From assembly GCA_964106645.2 (NCBI GenBank), contig OZ067039.1: 64,000 nt of DNA, one strand, 5' to 3'. This document shows positions 1 to 13,877 of the stretch, in pieces; positions within the stretch are counted from its first letter, which is position 1; each line of letters starts with the position of its first letter. Both the position numbers and the translations under genes were made by a program. This DNA is from Podarcis pityusensis (taxonomy: Eukaryota). The notes beneath the pieces are model-generated. The model worked only from the letters and a program-made list of their open reading frames with translations, searched no databases and was not told where the DNA came from.

Positions 1-1056
1 CTCTCACATTTCACAAGGACATTTCTCCTCTGGTTTTCCAGCCCCTCCCTCCCCTCCCCTCTTTCCCTCCCTCTTTTCCTTGCACCTGCATGAATGATGG
101 ATGGCTCTGTCCCCATTTGCAGGTCTAGCCAACACGCTGGGGAAGCTGCAGGGAGGGCTCCAACTGGAGCACTTGCAGCAGACTAGAAAGAAATAAAAGC
201 AAGGAAGCTTGCGGAGAGATTTTAGATTAAGCAGGTGATGAATCAAATAAGCAAAATAACTAAGCAACCTACGCCTGCTCTCCACGCCCCCCTCTCCACA
301 ACCACAACTCCCAAGCTGTGAGAAAGGAACTGGCTCTCAGAAGCTGAGAATATGGGTGGGGAGGGATGGAGCAAAGATGCTTCCTCAATTGTCAGGATGA
401 CTCCTAGCTCATTTGTTGGTCACAAAACTCCTTGGGCTGGCAAATCTGCCGTGTCAAATGGAACAAGTGTTTCGGCAAATATTTGTTAAAAATGTCATTC
501 CAATGATTATTCTCAGGGTGCACGGCAAAACAACAGATATGAGCTTTCAGAGATACTATAAGGGATGCTTCAAGGGTATAGCTAACCTGCAGAGGAAGAA
601 CCTCTTTGATTTTTTTGTCCACACTCCTCATTGCATTACTTTCTTGGGGAAACACTTTCCCCTGTGCTATGACCTGGGGTGGCCTCTGGTCTTTCGTCTC
701 TTCAGATCTAGGAGTCTTTTAAAAAGATAGCACACACTTCTGTTTTTCAGAAGCCTGTTGAGAGAATGCACACTTCCCTGCAAAACTGGAATGCCTGCTA
801 TTCTTACCCTGAACTGCACGCAAGCTTCTGTGTAATTTGTATGGTTGTGATTTGTTTTTCTTATGAAATAAATTAACAGTTTTTAAAAATTACATGCAAC
901 TTGAGAAATGGCAGGAGCATTCATCAGAAAGCCAGTAAGGAAATGCACTAAAACAAAAAAGCATAGTTAGCACCGGGGAAAAACTCCAGTAGTCCGGTTC
1001 TGCTGATTTCATGCTATCTCTAACACCACCTATTATATGATACGTCTGCCCATAAC

Positions 1057-1165
1057 ATAGGTTTCCCCAGCCTGGTGTTTTAGACACCAAGTCCCATCAG
1101 CCCTAGGTAGGATGGCCAAGACAAGGATGATGGGAGTCCAAAACATCTGGAGTCCCCTGGGAATA
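1057..1165. mobile_element. Short palindromic hAT-type MITE, degenerate copy
   Basis: Core TCCCATCAG...GATGATGGGAGTCCAAAACATCTGG shared with the other copies (3169, 19541, 28206, 32111, 36216, 48160, 60759). Confidence 0.6.
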
Positions 1166-2061
1166 CGGACTATTAACCCCTTCTGGAAACTGCAGCTTTG
1201 TGACGAAAATAGGGGACTCCTAACAACCCTAAGAACCCTTAACAAATGACAGTTCCCAGGATTCTTTGGGGAAAGCTATGACTCTTAAAGTGGTATTCCA
1301 GTGCGGGTGCAGTCAGGACAAGAATCTGTGGGAATGTTGCTATGGATCTAGCCAGCTATCTTCAACTTTTCAAGACCTGTAAGCAGACTTACCTTTAGTC
1401 CAAACATGTGCTGGGGGACCCACTTCTCCTTTTTATTTTTTTCCCATATGCTTGTCTGGTGGTAGTGCCGTTGCTGAAACCCATTTTAGGTCAAGCTGCA
1501 GGTACCTGGAAGTGAGTCCCAATCCACTAGCTGAAATCCAGTGATCATTCTGGGCCTTCTCAGGTGTATTTGCTTTTCAGATCTCAGCAAAACCATGTGA
1601 AATGCTTGTGATTTGAAGGAACATCTTGAACATATAGGGTGAAAAGTCAGGAAGTAAAGCTAGCAGCAAGGTCAGGCTCCCAAGCATGCACTGAGCTCAA
1701 GGGCCTTTGCTCAATGTCCAGATTATTTTTATCCTGCCGTGTGATCTCTTCCCAGTCCCCTGAAATCCCATTCCAAAGAAAGGCTGGGAAAACTGTGTCT
1801 GAAAGCCCAACAATTTCATATCCTGTCTAGTTTTCTCACTCCAAGGAGGGGAAACAAATTCTAAAAACAGCATGTATGATGCTTGGGCTTTCCATCTTTA
1901 GACTAGAGAGTTGGGAGACAGAACTGTATGTGGCTGTGATTTCACATGGAGTGTCTACATAGGCTTGGGAAATATGTGCTCAAATATCATGGTGGTGCAT
2001 ATCTATTATAGCTTATTCCCAAATTCAAAGAAGATGGTCAATGCTTACAACTCCCCCACCA

Positions 2062-2098
<37 letters not shown>

Positions 2099-3168
2099 AA
2101 TGTATATGGGTTGAATTTAGAGGTGGGGGATTTATTCACAAAGATCTTTCCATTGCTTTCAAATAAGGAGCGGAACTGTCTTCTGTGCCCTCCAGATCAA
2201 ATGAAATCTAGCCTACTCACATTTACAAAGTTTGCCAACCACTAGCTAATGCAAATTTTCACTATCCGTAATACTAAAAAACGAATCAGGAATAACGGAT
2301 GTAACAGGAGCCAGGATTGGTGAACACGGCAGGACAACCAAAAGATACAGAGGCCCAGAAGATCTCAAGAGGACCTTGTTGTTTGAGCAAGCTTAGCTGC
2401 AGGAGGAAGCCCTCTTATAGTCCTTCCTACCCAAGGGGATTTCACAGCTTGTCTGTGTGGGCAGGGTCAGTTCAGAGCCAGAAGGAAGTAAACTGCTTAT
2501 GCAGAGACTGCAACTTGCAATTCAGCAGCTCACTCCATGGACACCTGCAAACAAACCCAAAGGCTCCCATTTCTAACCCCAGCAGCTTTTGACAGATGCA
2601 ATTATAGAATCAGACTTTGCACTGTAGTTCAGTTATTTGCCCAGCATTTGATGAGGTAAACACGTAAAGCAAGAAACATGTCTCCTGTAGATGCATGGCA
2701 GGGAGTTGCAGAAAACGGCAGGTATTGGGTGAGTGTGAATGCAGTGCAAGCTCCCAAGTACTTAAGTGTGCAGGTATTCACTTAACAAACAGTAAGCATG
2801 GTTCAAACCATGGCACCATGGAAGTGTGAAGAACCTCAGTACTAACTCAAAGACTAGCCAGGTGACAGAAAAGTTCAAGCTCAGGTTAAGAAGGCACAAG
2901 AAAGCTATTAGTATCCTGTGTCCTCCTTGAGCATTAAGCATGACCTTGACAAGGAATCAAAGCCCTGTTGTACCTAGTACAATAAGTGTATCTGGGAGTG
3001 CCAGATGATCTTTGCAGTCAAGAGAAAAGCTACTACTGAGACCAAGCCCCAGTGAATGGAGACAAAGGTCTTGACATATTTACAGAAGATCACAATCCTC
3101 TTGAAGGCCCCAAGATCAGGTCAGCAAGCTCCACAGCCTATCACACCAGGCCCTGAGAGCACTTACAG

Positions 3169-3302
3169 CAGGTGTGGGGAACACCTTTGGCCCTCCAGAT
3201 GTCGCTGTGCTACGACTCCCATCAGACCCAGCAAGCATGGGCCTCAGATGATGGGAACTGCAGTTCAGCAACATCTGAAGGGCCAAAGGTGTATCACACC
3301 TG
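3169..3302. mobile_element. Palindromic ~134-bp hAT-type MITE
   Basis: TIRs CAGGTGTG...CACACCTG, internal arms CCTTTGGCCCTCCAGATGT / ACATCTGAAGGGCCAAAGG, and an 8-bp TSD ACTTACAG/ACTTAAAG (7/8). Confidence 0.85.
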
Positions 3303-5344
3303 ACTTAAAGGCAGCTCACAAATGGCAAGAAATCCAAACAGACTTAAAACCATCCTACCAGCCTGAGAACAAACTTCATCTCTGCTGCTGCAGTTACCTC
3401 TCCCTCGACAAAAAAGGGACCTATTCTATTACATGGATGGAAGGAGGTAGAAAATTAAAGGTGAAGAGGGTAAGAATAGCTGTTTTTTCTATCTCAATTC
3501 TTCCAATGGGTCAAAAGCTGCTTTTGTATTATAAAAGTGGTCAACACCAGTTTCTTATCAGATCAACAGGCTACAGTTCACTGCTCTGTCGAGCCCAATG
3601 TAATCCTTCCACAGAGTCGCTGGTCTGTCCCTAACTTGTCATTAACCAGGATCCCCCAAGGGCCAATTCAAATGTTCAGCTATTAAGGATGTACAGCCCA
3701 CTCACTTGAATGTACTACCTCAGCTTCTAAATGGGGAGTCATAAAAATGACTACCCCGTGTCAAATTGGTCCAGAAGCATCCATTAATGGCAGGCAACTT
3801 GGAGACGAGCAGCACAGAAATACTTCAACTAGCAGACAAGAGTAAACACCAAAATTCCTCAAGTGATGAGCAGCATTAAGAATGAAACCAGGTTGTGGCA
3901 ACTGTCCCACCTTAGGGACTATACGATTTGGCTATGGGGACGGACAGGTACCCTCCTAGTGTTCAGATCTGCTCTCACTTCTGAACCTGCTCAAGTCTCA
4001 CAGTGCCTTCTGCAGTTCTGAGAAAAATACCAGGAAAGAAAGAGCAGTCAGTTTCTCAGGACAAATATGTAAGCCTTAAAAAGCAGGTATTGTTTTAAAA
4101 CAAGCAACAAGACATGGCCAGGTTCCCAACAATAGAACTGCCCCCGTGCTCAATTATTGGAGGGGCCTGAAATTTCTAGTTCTGAAATGAAAGTTTGCAC
4201 TTCAGGAGAAAGCAGTAACTAGATAGCCACAGAATAGAGTCCTTCCAGATTGGTGGTTTGTTTTTTCCCAGGTGCGTGCTGCAACATGTCATTGATGCAA
4301 CAATAGTGTTTTAGTGTTGGGTTTTTACTGGACCTTCCACACATCATTCACCTTTATTTCTTGTTCCCCATGTTACTGCATTACTGCTGTCTGGGAGGCC
4401 CCTCTTGCAACAAAAGGAGGACAAATAAAAAATGCCCCAGAATGTATGTGGTACAAAAAGTTACAGGATTTCTGCAGGAAGTTACAAAACATCCACCAAT
4501 TGGAAATAAAGCAGGTGCAAAACTTATTGAAAGTGGGATCACATATAACCACCACGATGCCATCGAATCCACAATAGAAAAGATGTCTGGTGGTGTCCCA
4601 TGCGGTATATTGTATCATAATCTAGGCACTGTGTGTGAGAGGCAAAAGCTCTGAATATATTTTGTTGTCTCTTTGGCAACCCTACAGTTTTTCCCCAGTC
4701 TGCCCTACTCAATGGGGTACACCTTCCAGCAACTGTATGATGTCTCTCCCCCTTCTCCACAGTTCACAGTTGTGTGAGAATTTCATGGTTCTGGGCCCCC
4801 AGTCCTGGCAACAAACAGTGAGGCCAGCTATCACATTCGAACCCGCTGTAGCCTCCTGCTTTTCAGTAAGCATTCTCAGCATCATACACTCAGCTCAGAT
4901 AATTCATCCAGAATAAAAATAATTTCCCAATGATACGATTATAATCACTAACAAACCCACCCTTAAATGTTAATATAGTCAGCTATTTTTGTCCACACTG
5001 ATTTTTCTCGTCCTTTTAATACATGGAGGGTGGGTCTTTTTCCTCTTCTGACCCCTTGTTACACTTTTGATCAAGGGTGCGTTTTTTACAATCACAAATG
5101 AATTTTAGGTTGGCCATTCCAACCTTTCAGCCTAACAGATGAATTGAAAAAGTCCATTTATAAAGAACTCCAATAATTAGCTATGATAATTTAACAATGC
5201 TGTGAGCGAACTAATATTATCTCTAGAGCTCTCATTTTTTTTTTAAAAAAACCCACCACTCTGCAACTGCAACTCTGCAAAACTGTCATATGGGAAGGAA
5301 CCATTCCAGGTTTTTTTTAGTTTATAAATATTTCATCCACTCCC

Positions 5345-6800
5345 GGGGCCATTGTGACACTTTCCTAACCCCCATTGTCCTGCAGTTTGTTTGCACCTTA
5401 TGCACTTTCTACATTGCCATCAAAGCAGGGCTCCCATGTTTCTTCTTTACTTCTGTCTATTAACACATCATTGCAACATATTTTATTAGGGTCCATCCCT
5501 TCCCGGTGGAAAATTTCTGAAGATGTTGTGGCATGACCAGACACATTCCCCATCATGGCAACAATTATCCCTGCTCAACTACAATCCCTGTTATTATAAG
5601 ATTTTTTGGGAAATATAGCCAAGGGCATGCATAGGGTAGAGACACTCTTTCCTGAAGGCCAACATTTTTGCAGTTTTTCTCTCAGCACTGCTGGAGAGTA
5701 TAAACTGGAGTCAGCACAAAATGAATGGCTACAGCCTTAAAGCAGCACCCATATTTTCCATTCTGTCCTATATGGGTTCCTCTAATACTCTTCCCTCACT
5801 ACAGTATCTGAATTACCAACAAGGCACCAGTGTATTGACATCTGGCAGGCTCAGAGATACAGTCAACCTGAGCTTAAAAGCTAACAGCAGATGAGAAAAA
5901 CTTCTATTATTCACGGCATCTGATTAACTCATTGGTATTAATGGTCTGCACACCATGCAAAGTTATGACATTTGTTTAGGTCACAGGGATCCGGAGTACA
6001 AATCTGTTGTGAAGACACAGAGGAATGGGCTATCTAGGGACTCCAGAAATACTGTCCTCATGTCCTCAGAGTATTAATGTCCAGAGGAAAATGAATGAAT
6101 GAAGATGGGTGGGGAGGGAAGAGCAATAGAATCTGTCTGGATTAAAGCAAATATTCCACACACACCCTCCAAGATTCAGACATTTGTCTGCACTGCCCAA
6201 ATATTACCCTTTTTCATCGGTTTGCCTGTTTGACAATTCCTGTTCTGCCGGAAAACCTTTTATTTGCCCTTTATTTCATGGTACTTCTATGACAAGACAC
6301 TTCAGACTGAAGGTTAATAATCCACAACACCGGAAAAAGTATGAACAGAGTGTGAATTAGGTGCAGGACTGCACTGCCATATATCATGTTCTCAAGGGTT
6401 GAAACCATCCGTATATCAGCCAGAGGTCTAGAATCTTCACATCACCTATACGTGCAACTACACAGAAGAAATGAAAAGCTACAATAAGGGGAAGACATAC
6501 TTTCCAGACTCTGAATTAAAGTTCTGTACTGCAGATTCTCCTCTTCCTCAATCACCAGTCATAGAAGCCTATTGGACTGGAGTACATATAGCTGTCCAGG
6601 ATGGCCAATGGTAATAAATGACAGGTTGTGTGGTCCAGCAACAATATCTCAATGGCCACAGGTTCCTCTTGTTGGGAGGAAATTTTGGGCAGCAGATAAA
6701 GAAAGTGGAAGAATGGGCTGAGAAGCAGGATGGCTCTCTCACCAAGATCCATTCAAACTCTCCTCTTTCAGTGCCAAGCATTATTCTCCCAACCATTGGC
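5345..6800 (-). mobile_element. Decayed ERV1/gamma-like endogenous retrovirus gag relic (tentative)
   Basis: Minus-strand 5700-5581 translates YSPAVLREKLQKCWPSGKSVSTLCMPLAIFPKKSYNNRD, preceded (frameshifted) by IHFV, resembling the ERV1 capsid end HFITQSAPDIRKKLQK...KVYNNR. A degenerate zinc knuckle (KCIRCKQTAGQW..KC) follows at about 5410-5355, and a matrix-like RYCCWTTQPVIYYHWP lies about 1 kb upstream. Confidence 0.4.
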
Positions 6801-9800
6801 TAAAAATCTACCTATGCGACCAAGAAGAAAATCCATTCAAAGGTGAAGTGTTATCACTTGTGATGTCTCAGTTGCATTCCATGGATGTATCAACACTTAG
6901 TACCCACACTGGTGCTGGCAATGGTAAGGCCATCAGGCTGTGGGTTTTGATGTGAGGTTGCCCATATGTCTGAGAGCACCACAGCCAATCTCATTGCAAG
7001 CCTTGCTAAGAAGTGAGTGCCTCCCCCCATCTTTCTCAATGCAGAGCCATTAAATCCAGAATTGCACTTGATTTAAAGAGTTGTGTTATGCAAGTCTCTA
7101 GCCACTCTGAGAAAATATTTAACTGGAGCAAAGCTTTTGCAGGAATATGGGCCAAACTATCATATCTCGATATAATTTACTTTCAAAATATCAGCAAATA
7201 TGGAAATCACATTCTTTGAGTCGTTTTTAATATCAGAAGATGAATCTTTAGAAGACGGGTGCAGGGCACAACTAGCCTGCTAGATCAGGACGTACCCGAC
7301 TCAGACCTGGGCTTGGCATACAAGTGTGAGTTGTGTGCTATTGTTTTTTTAAAAAAGCAATAATTTAGAAAGGGCAATTATTCATTCGATTATGAAGGGT
7401 AACAATTATCATATTACCATAGATCATGTTATTCCCCCTTGAGTGCACCACAATAGTTTAGGATAACAAATGGCAAGAAGGTGCCAAGAACTGAGTAATA
7501 AATAATACTTTTGAATATTTTTCAGAAGGTTGACCCGGTATGCGTATGTACATATCAACACATGTACCCACTCACCCTGTAGCTCAAATCTGTCCTCAAG
7601 AACAACCATCCACTCAGGAGATGACTAAATCATATGTTCCATCACCAGCCTGGTCTAGCCAAGCCATACCTATTTTATTGCTAGAGTTGCCTAGGACCCC
7701 ACATTCACCTCGCTGTCTCCTTGCAAGCGACTTGCCTTGAGAAATGTCATTTCCAGAAACCTCATTTTCTGGGTCACGAGGAGGACGTGAGGGAGATATC
7801 ATCTCCAGGACCCTGTGAGCCTGGAGCGTAGATTCAAAATGACAAGCAGCCAGTGCCTGACTACTGGGCACAATAGATCTATTAATTAGGAAGCATTTTG
7901 TATTGTGTTTGCCAAGGTACAAATGAAGGAAAACTGTTTGCAGAAAGCATAACCCCCAACCTACAAACCCTTTCTCCAGGGGAATCTAGAATTCCGCAGG
8001 AGTCAGGTAGTGCTGTTCTCTACCCTGCACTGCTTGTTCTCCAGGCAACCAGAACCAAAATGTTCTTGGTAAAAAGATAGATAGATGAGGGTATGACATT
8101 TCCCCATCATCTTGCCTTCTTATCCTTGTTACTAGAAAAAATACTTACATTAATTTAGGTTTGTTTGACCAGTCCCTCCACTCCCATTCAAATCTACAGA
8201 TCTCCTGGCACCAGTGCCTGATATGCTATTTGCCACAGAGGAAAACTGATGTTGGAAACCTGTATTTGGGGGAAGACTGGGGCTTGACCCTTTGCCTAGA
8301 AAGGGAAAAGCATATGATCACTTCTATTCAGAACTTAAATCTGAATTTACCCTCTCTCTCTCTCTCGGGGCTTCTGGTCAAAAGAACTGCAGCCAGAGGA
8401 TGAAACCCAAGGTGCAGCTTCATCTCTGGAGGAGGCTATTTGCTAAAATGGGCTTACATGCCTGGCACAGCACACAATAGCGTTTCAAGGTAGCTGCGTA
8501 ATATGCCCCCTTCATAAACTTTGAATGGCTCCAGCTCTCCGGCAGCAAGGAAAGCAGCTTGCAAACGTCATGTGAGCAGCAGCTCCAGTTACCCGGGGCC
8601 CAACTGTGCTGCATCTCTACCTTGCTTTTATCTAATCCATCTCCCTGCTTGGGAGCAGACCATCATCCACTCCTTTGATACTGTTGCTTTCGGTGGTTAG
8701 GAGTCTGCTGGACTCTGAATGCAGCTGGTGCCCTTAAGCGGACTCCAACGCCTCCAATGTCACCTTGGCAAGAAATGCTGCAGCTCAAACTTTGGAAGGG
8801 GGGCAGGAGAAGAAAGCAGGAAACAGATAAAGGCGGCACTGTGACTCTGCTTGAGAAAGAAGAAAAATAGAGAATGGGAATCAGGGATCGCCACTGCAAA
8901 AGATCTCTGCTCCATCTGCGCCCACTGGTCTGCCAAATAAGGCTATGCGAAATAAAAATAAGTCAGTACAGGAGCCTGGACAGGCGGTGCCTGTTGCATC
9001 CCCACCTGGCATCTGGTTCCATAGTTCTGCAATCCTGCTTTTCCAAATGACCCAGCAGATGCAGAATGTTACCTAAAGATATGCTAAATTGGCTCATGAA
9101 TATATATAAGCAAACAGAGACGGTTGCAACTAGGTATATTAGTCTCTGCTACTCATGACAGGTACAGCCACTCCCGGCACACTGCCGCTATTTGGTACTG
9201 AATGGATCTCCTAGAGACGCCTTTTGATTGTCATTGTGCTAGTTTTTCCGGTTGCTCCAAATCACCTTCACGCCAGCACAGAACTCTGGGGCACAGAGGA
9301 GAGGTTCTTTACTGTTGCAATTTCCTGTGGGCAGGAGCTGGATCATCGATACCTTCCTTTCCTTGGTATTACAAAGAGAACAAGGCACACAGTGGAGTGC
9401 CTGGTAACTGTCCCCGTCAGCAGCTTTCTCAGACCTTGAAGTGTCCTCAAAAGCTACCGTATTGATGATGCGAGGCAGGTGCCGCCAAGGGTGGTTGGAG
9501 GAAAAACCGGCTTCGTACACACAGACAGCTGATATCGACTCACTTTCCTTACACTGCTGCTAGCAACGCAAGCCAGGAGCGGCAAAGTCATGTGCAATGG
9601 AAACAGAGAGAACGGAAAGGAGGGAGGGGAACGCCTTTTAATACCAAAAGAAAAAGAACAGCACCTGTGCCAATATAAAACTAGCTACTTCCAAGTATCT
9701 CTTGCTTTCTGCAGAACCAAGGGAACTAGAGGAGTGGTAAAATTGGGCCAAAACAAATGTGATACGGGAAGATTTGTGATTAGATCTTCCGACATCTTCA

Positions 9801-12594
9801 AGGCAACTGAGAGGGGAGGGGTGTGTGCTAATTTGATTTGGGAAGTGGTGCCAGTGGAGGGGATGTTTAACCCTTTCAAATTGGCACCATTTCCCTGTAC
9901 TGAACCCTCCCCTCTGCCCAGAGCCACCATTAGCTGAACAGGGAGCAAAATGCAGTTATCTTTAAGGTGCTTGCATTTTTCTCTCTCCATGGGGTGGGAG
10001 GGTGTCTGGTTGACAGCAAGAGTAGGGGGGTTGGAAGGGTTAAAACACATCCTCCAGCAGCGCCACTTCCCAGATTAAATTAGCAGACACCCCCTCCCTC
10101 ACTTGTCCTCACAGATGTTTTCAAGAAAAGGAGAAAAATCAGGAGATCTGATGACAGATCTCGAACACCACATCTGTTACTCTGCACTGCCTTCCTCTCT
10201 AAGGAACCGAATTCTCATCTGGGCTGAATTCACAAGAGAAAAAAAAATTGCTAGTGAGCAAATCAGAGACTTAGGCAAGGGGCTTCCAATCTGATTTACG
10301 TACATATTATGCTATGTATGGTCTGTGCTCATGCATGAGGACAAAGAGCAGGCTCACAACTGCTGCCACCCCATCAACGCTATACCAGCTTTTCCCACAG
10401 CAGTCATGATTGACATGCCCACTGCAAAATGGGAATATTTATCTCCCCATCACACTTTACACCTTTACTATACCAGTGTAAGAAGGAACCAGTTCTTCCT
10501 ATGCAATATGTGTGTGTGTTTGCTGAAGGGGGGTGTTTTTATTTTTGTTCAGGAGTGGTTGTGGCGATTGGCCTATCAATATATATCTTAGGATAAAAGA
10601 AGGCAGGGATGTGTCATGTTCTCTACCAGATGTGAACCACATTCTTCTCTAGAGATCATAAAAATCCAGCCAACAGCATTGATCTTCTCAACACAACATC
10701 CTAAACAGAACAGGGCAGTAGAACATCTGTCCACACTCTTGTTCAGGCTGGATTTAAGACTAGCAAAATGATGTGATGGCGCGGAACAAACCAGCAATAA
10801 GTCGCCGCAGGAACATTTGTAGCATGTTATATCATGGCTCTGAATCATAAGTCATCAGACCCTCTAATAGAATATATCATATATCACAAGGAATGAACAG
10901 GAACTTTGTTGAAAGCAGGGTGTGTGCAATGGACTTCCTACCCATGACTCGTTTTGCTCTCCTCTCCTCACCCTCCCAATACATGAACTACTTTATTAAG
11001 TGGATTGCACTATGATTGCTTTTCAGTTCTTATAGGCGCTGCTCTACCCCAGTCAAGTGCTGCTAGAGAAATCTGGCACTCTTACTAACCCTAGCTGACC
11101 ATCCCTGCTGCATCAGGAAAAATGCTAATGGGCCACCATTTTTGGCATCCTGAGTTCGGTACGAATGGAGAGTGGCTCTGAGCCATGTTGGCTGTGATGT
11201 TGTGTTGTGAAGTTACTGAAAGTCAGAAGCCCAGCTAAACTAGAACTTCTACTTTCAGAAAATCCAAGGGATGGGGATAATCCATGTTCAGCAATTTGTT
11301 TTATTTTAACAAAAAAAAAAAGTTACAGAAGTTTACTAGTTCAGAGATCTCAGCCCAGTTTTGGGTGTTTGGCTGTTCCTCTCAAGGACGGTGCAGTGAG
11401 GGTCCGAGAGGTCAGTGGGCAGACTAATGCAATAAAGCAGGATGCCCCCAATCCCCAGCAAAAGTAATGCAGAAAATGGAGATGTCCCAGGAATACATGT
11501 ATTTACTACAAATGTTACTACAAATTTCCTTGCAACTACACGAAAGCTTTGCCAAACGAAATGAGCTGACAGCCAAACTCCTTGGATTTCTTGGAGCTGA
11601 CTCTCCTCTGACCCTCCTTTGCTGAGTGCCAAACTCCCAGTGTGTTTGTTGTGGCCTATGCTGGATCTTCTCTAAAAGCTTCCTCCAGCAGTGGCGCCAA
11701 GGAAGACAAGAAAAGGAAGCAGTGAAAATCATCAGTATTGTGTAGCAAAATCCACTGGTTGTGCTGTGACACTCCATTGGTCTGTGCATCTAAATACAGC
11801 ATCTGAACTTATTACCATGCCTACTGCTGGGCTTGGTTCTAGATGAGCCAGGATGCTTCTGATAAGACTCCCCATGTTCCCAGCAATAATGCAGAAATGA
11901 ATACGCAGAGATAGATGCAAGCGGCTGGCGAGGACACCTCAGACAATAGCCACAAAAGGGGAAAGGAGAAGGAGTTTGCAACCCACAAAAAATCTTTCTT
12001 CCATCAAGACTTTAAACATGCATGGGCTACGCTGTGCACAAGCCAGGAGGAAAAATCTGAATGGGTCCCCCACTAGGTACCATCATATCCATCTGCAGGC
12101 AGAGAATAAGCTGCAGGAGGGGATAAAAGGTGATGTCCTCTCTCTTTTTAAAGTGGAATATAAATAGGATTTAAACAACAACACCCAATTATAGCGAGTC
12201 TTTCTAAAAATTGCTCAGTTTGCATTGTCTAAATTTAATACAAACAGGTTGTGGTCCAAAAAGAATGAATAGAAGAGTACTTTGCATGGTGAAAAACCTG
12301 TATCTGCTCACATTTTAAATTTGCAATCCTAAACAAAGTTATTAGAGACTATTCTCCATTTAACTCCCCCCCCCCCCAATAAGCATGTAGAGGATTTCAC
12401 TGCACACATTAGAAAGGTTAAGTGTGGATGAGCCCATAAATGAGTTGTAGCACTATAATGGAAGTGGTTGCTGCTGTATTCATTACTAGCTCCTATTAAT
12501 GTAGCCTGGTTCTCTGACTTGCAGCTTCTGGAAAGGACTTTTGCACAGTAGCGGAGCTTCTGGCCCCTGCATCCTGGAACGCAATAGCCTAGGT

Positions 12595-12846
12595 CATGGG
12601 TAGGCAAACTAAGGCCCGGGGGCCAGATCCGGCCCAATCGCCTTCTAAATCCGGCCTGTGGACAGTCCAGGAATCAGCGTGTTTTTACATGAGTAGAATG
12701 TGTGCTTTTATTTAAAATGCATCTCTGGGTTATTTGTGGGGCATAGGAATTCGTTCATTTCCCCCCCAAAAAAATATAGTCCAGGCCCCCACAAGGTCTG
12801 AGGGACAGTGGACCGGCTCCCTGCTGAAAAAGTTTGCTGACCCCTG
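12595..12846 (+). mobile_element. Non-autonomous hAT (OC1/OposCharlie1-like) MITE, complete
   Basis: TIRs CATGGGTAGGCAAACT / AGTTTGCTGACCCCTG and a perfect 8-bp TSD GCCTAGGT (12587-12594, 12847-12854). The 3' end GGTCTGAGGGACAGTG..CCCTG..AAAAAGTTTG resembles OC1-type ends from memory. Confidence 0.88.
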
Positions 12847-13877
12847 GCCTAGGTCTTGACTCCTTGCTGGGGTCTAACAAGAGCATTACAAAGGCCCAAC
12901 TGGAATTACAAGAAGCTACCATGCAGTATCGCCTGAAAATACTATGCTAGGCTCCAAAGAAAGGTTGCACGTTTGTGGGAGAGAGAACCACATACCTTTT
13001 GTTTTGCTCATGGCATTTCCCACAGCTAAAGAGGCAAGACACTCTTCAGTTGAGAAACAGCTTGTCTGTAGTGGGAAATACTACAAGGAATCCAGCAAGG
13101 AAAATTCCAGTTTTCTGGCTTTGAGCACATTTTTAGACCTTGATGTGTACTTGCAAGATTGTGTTAGCAAGCTGTACAGATCCTAGCTTACTGAGTACAC
13201 AGTGTATAAGTGGCTGAGCAAAACAAGCATCTTACAGCACAAAACCCAACACAGGGGCCATTTCAAAGGCTTGTTAGCTGGTCCTCAAAAAGATTTTCAA
13301 GCACAATGAGAAAAAATTAGTTTCCATCTCTTGTTGACAATAGCTTCAATCAACACACCCCAAGACATGCAGAATTTAACTGGAGTGTTTGTGCTTTTAA
13401 ACACAAACACACACACACAGCCAACGGGCAACAATGCTTGTCATGACAATTGCTATCGAATCTGAACTGCAGCAGTAGCATGAGAAATCTTCTTATTCCC
13501 CAATTATATACATTTTCTTTTCTTTTTAAAAAGTCAAACATTAGTCACAGCTGAAGAAAAAAAACATCACCAGATTGTTCTGCCTGCAACAACACCCTCA
13601 ATACGCGCCTTGGCATCCTTTAAGTAATAGAGACAAGAGACAAACAGGATGCCAAATTTCCATGGACTGCAGGAGCTCCTGGGCAACAAAGGATAGAGGT
13701 GCAAGCATGATTTTGTAAAGCCAGTGAGACAAAACTTTAGTAACTAGGTTTCAAGTATGCATGTTAAAAGACTTATCTGAAGGTAGGATCTTTACAACTT
13801 GCTTTGGGCATTCCCACCATGACTCCAATCAGCAGGGTAACATGATACAGAATCTAGCTGCCAGAGTGTATTAAAGC

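Noticed and set aside
2941-2949. Perfect ERR element TCAAGGTCA (also TTAAGGTCA at 58288-58296) suggesting autoregulation
   Set aside because: About two TNAAGGTCA matches are expected by chance in 64 kb, and there is no independent support.
3056-3634. 192-aa ORF on the plus strand
   Set aside because: It runs through a MITE, has no recognisable domain and is antisense within an intron; most likely chance.
4340-4540. Possible L1 ORF2 C-terminal fragment (..PECMWYKKLQDF..)
   Set aside because: The resemblance is too weak and needs assumed frameshifts; cannot be supported without a search.
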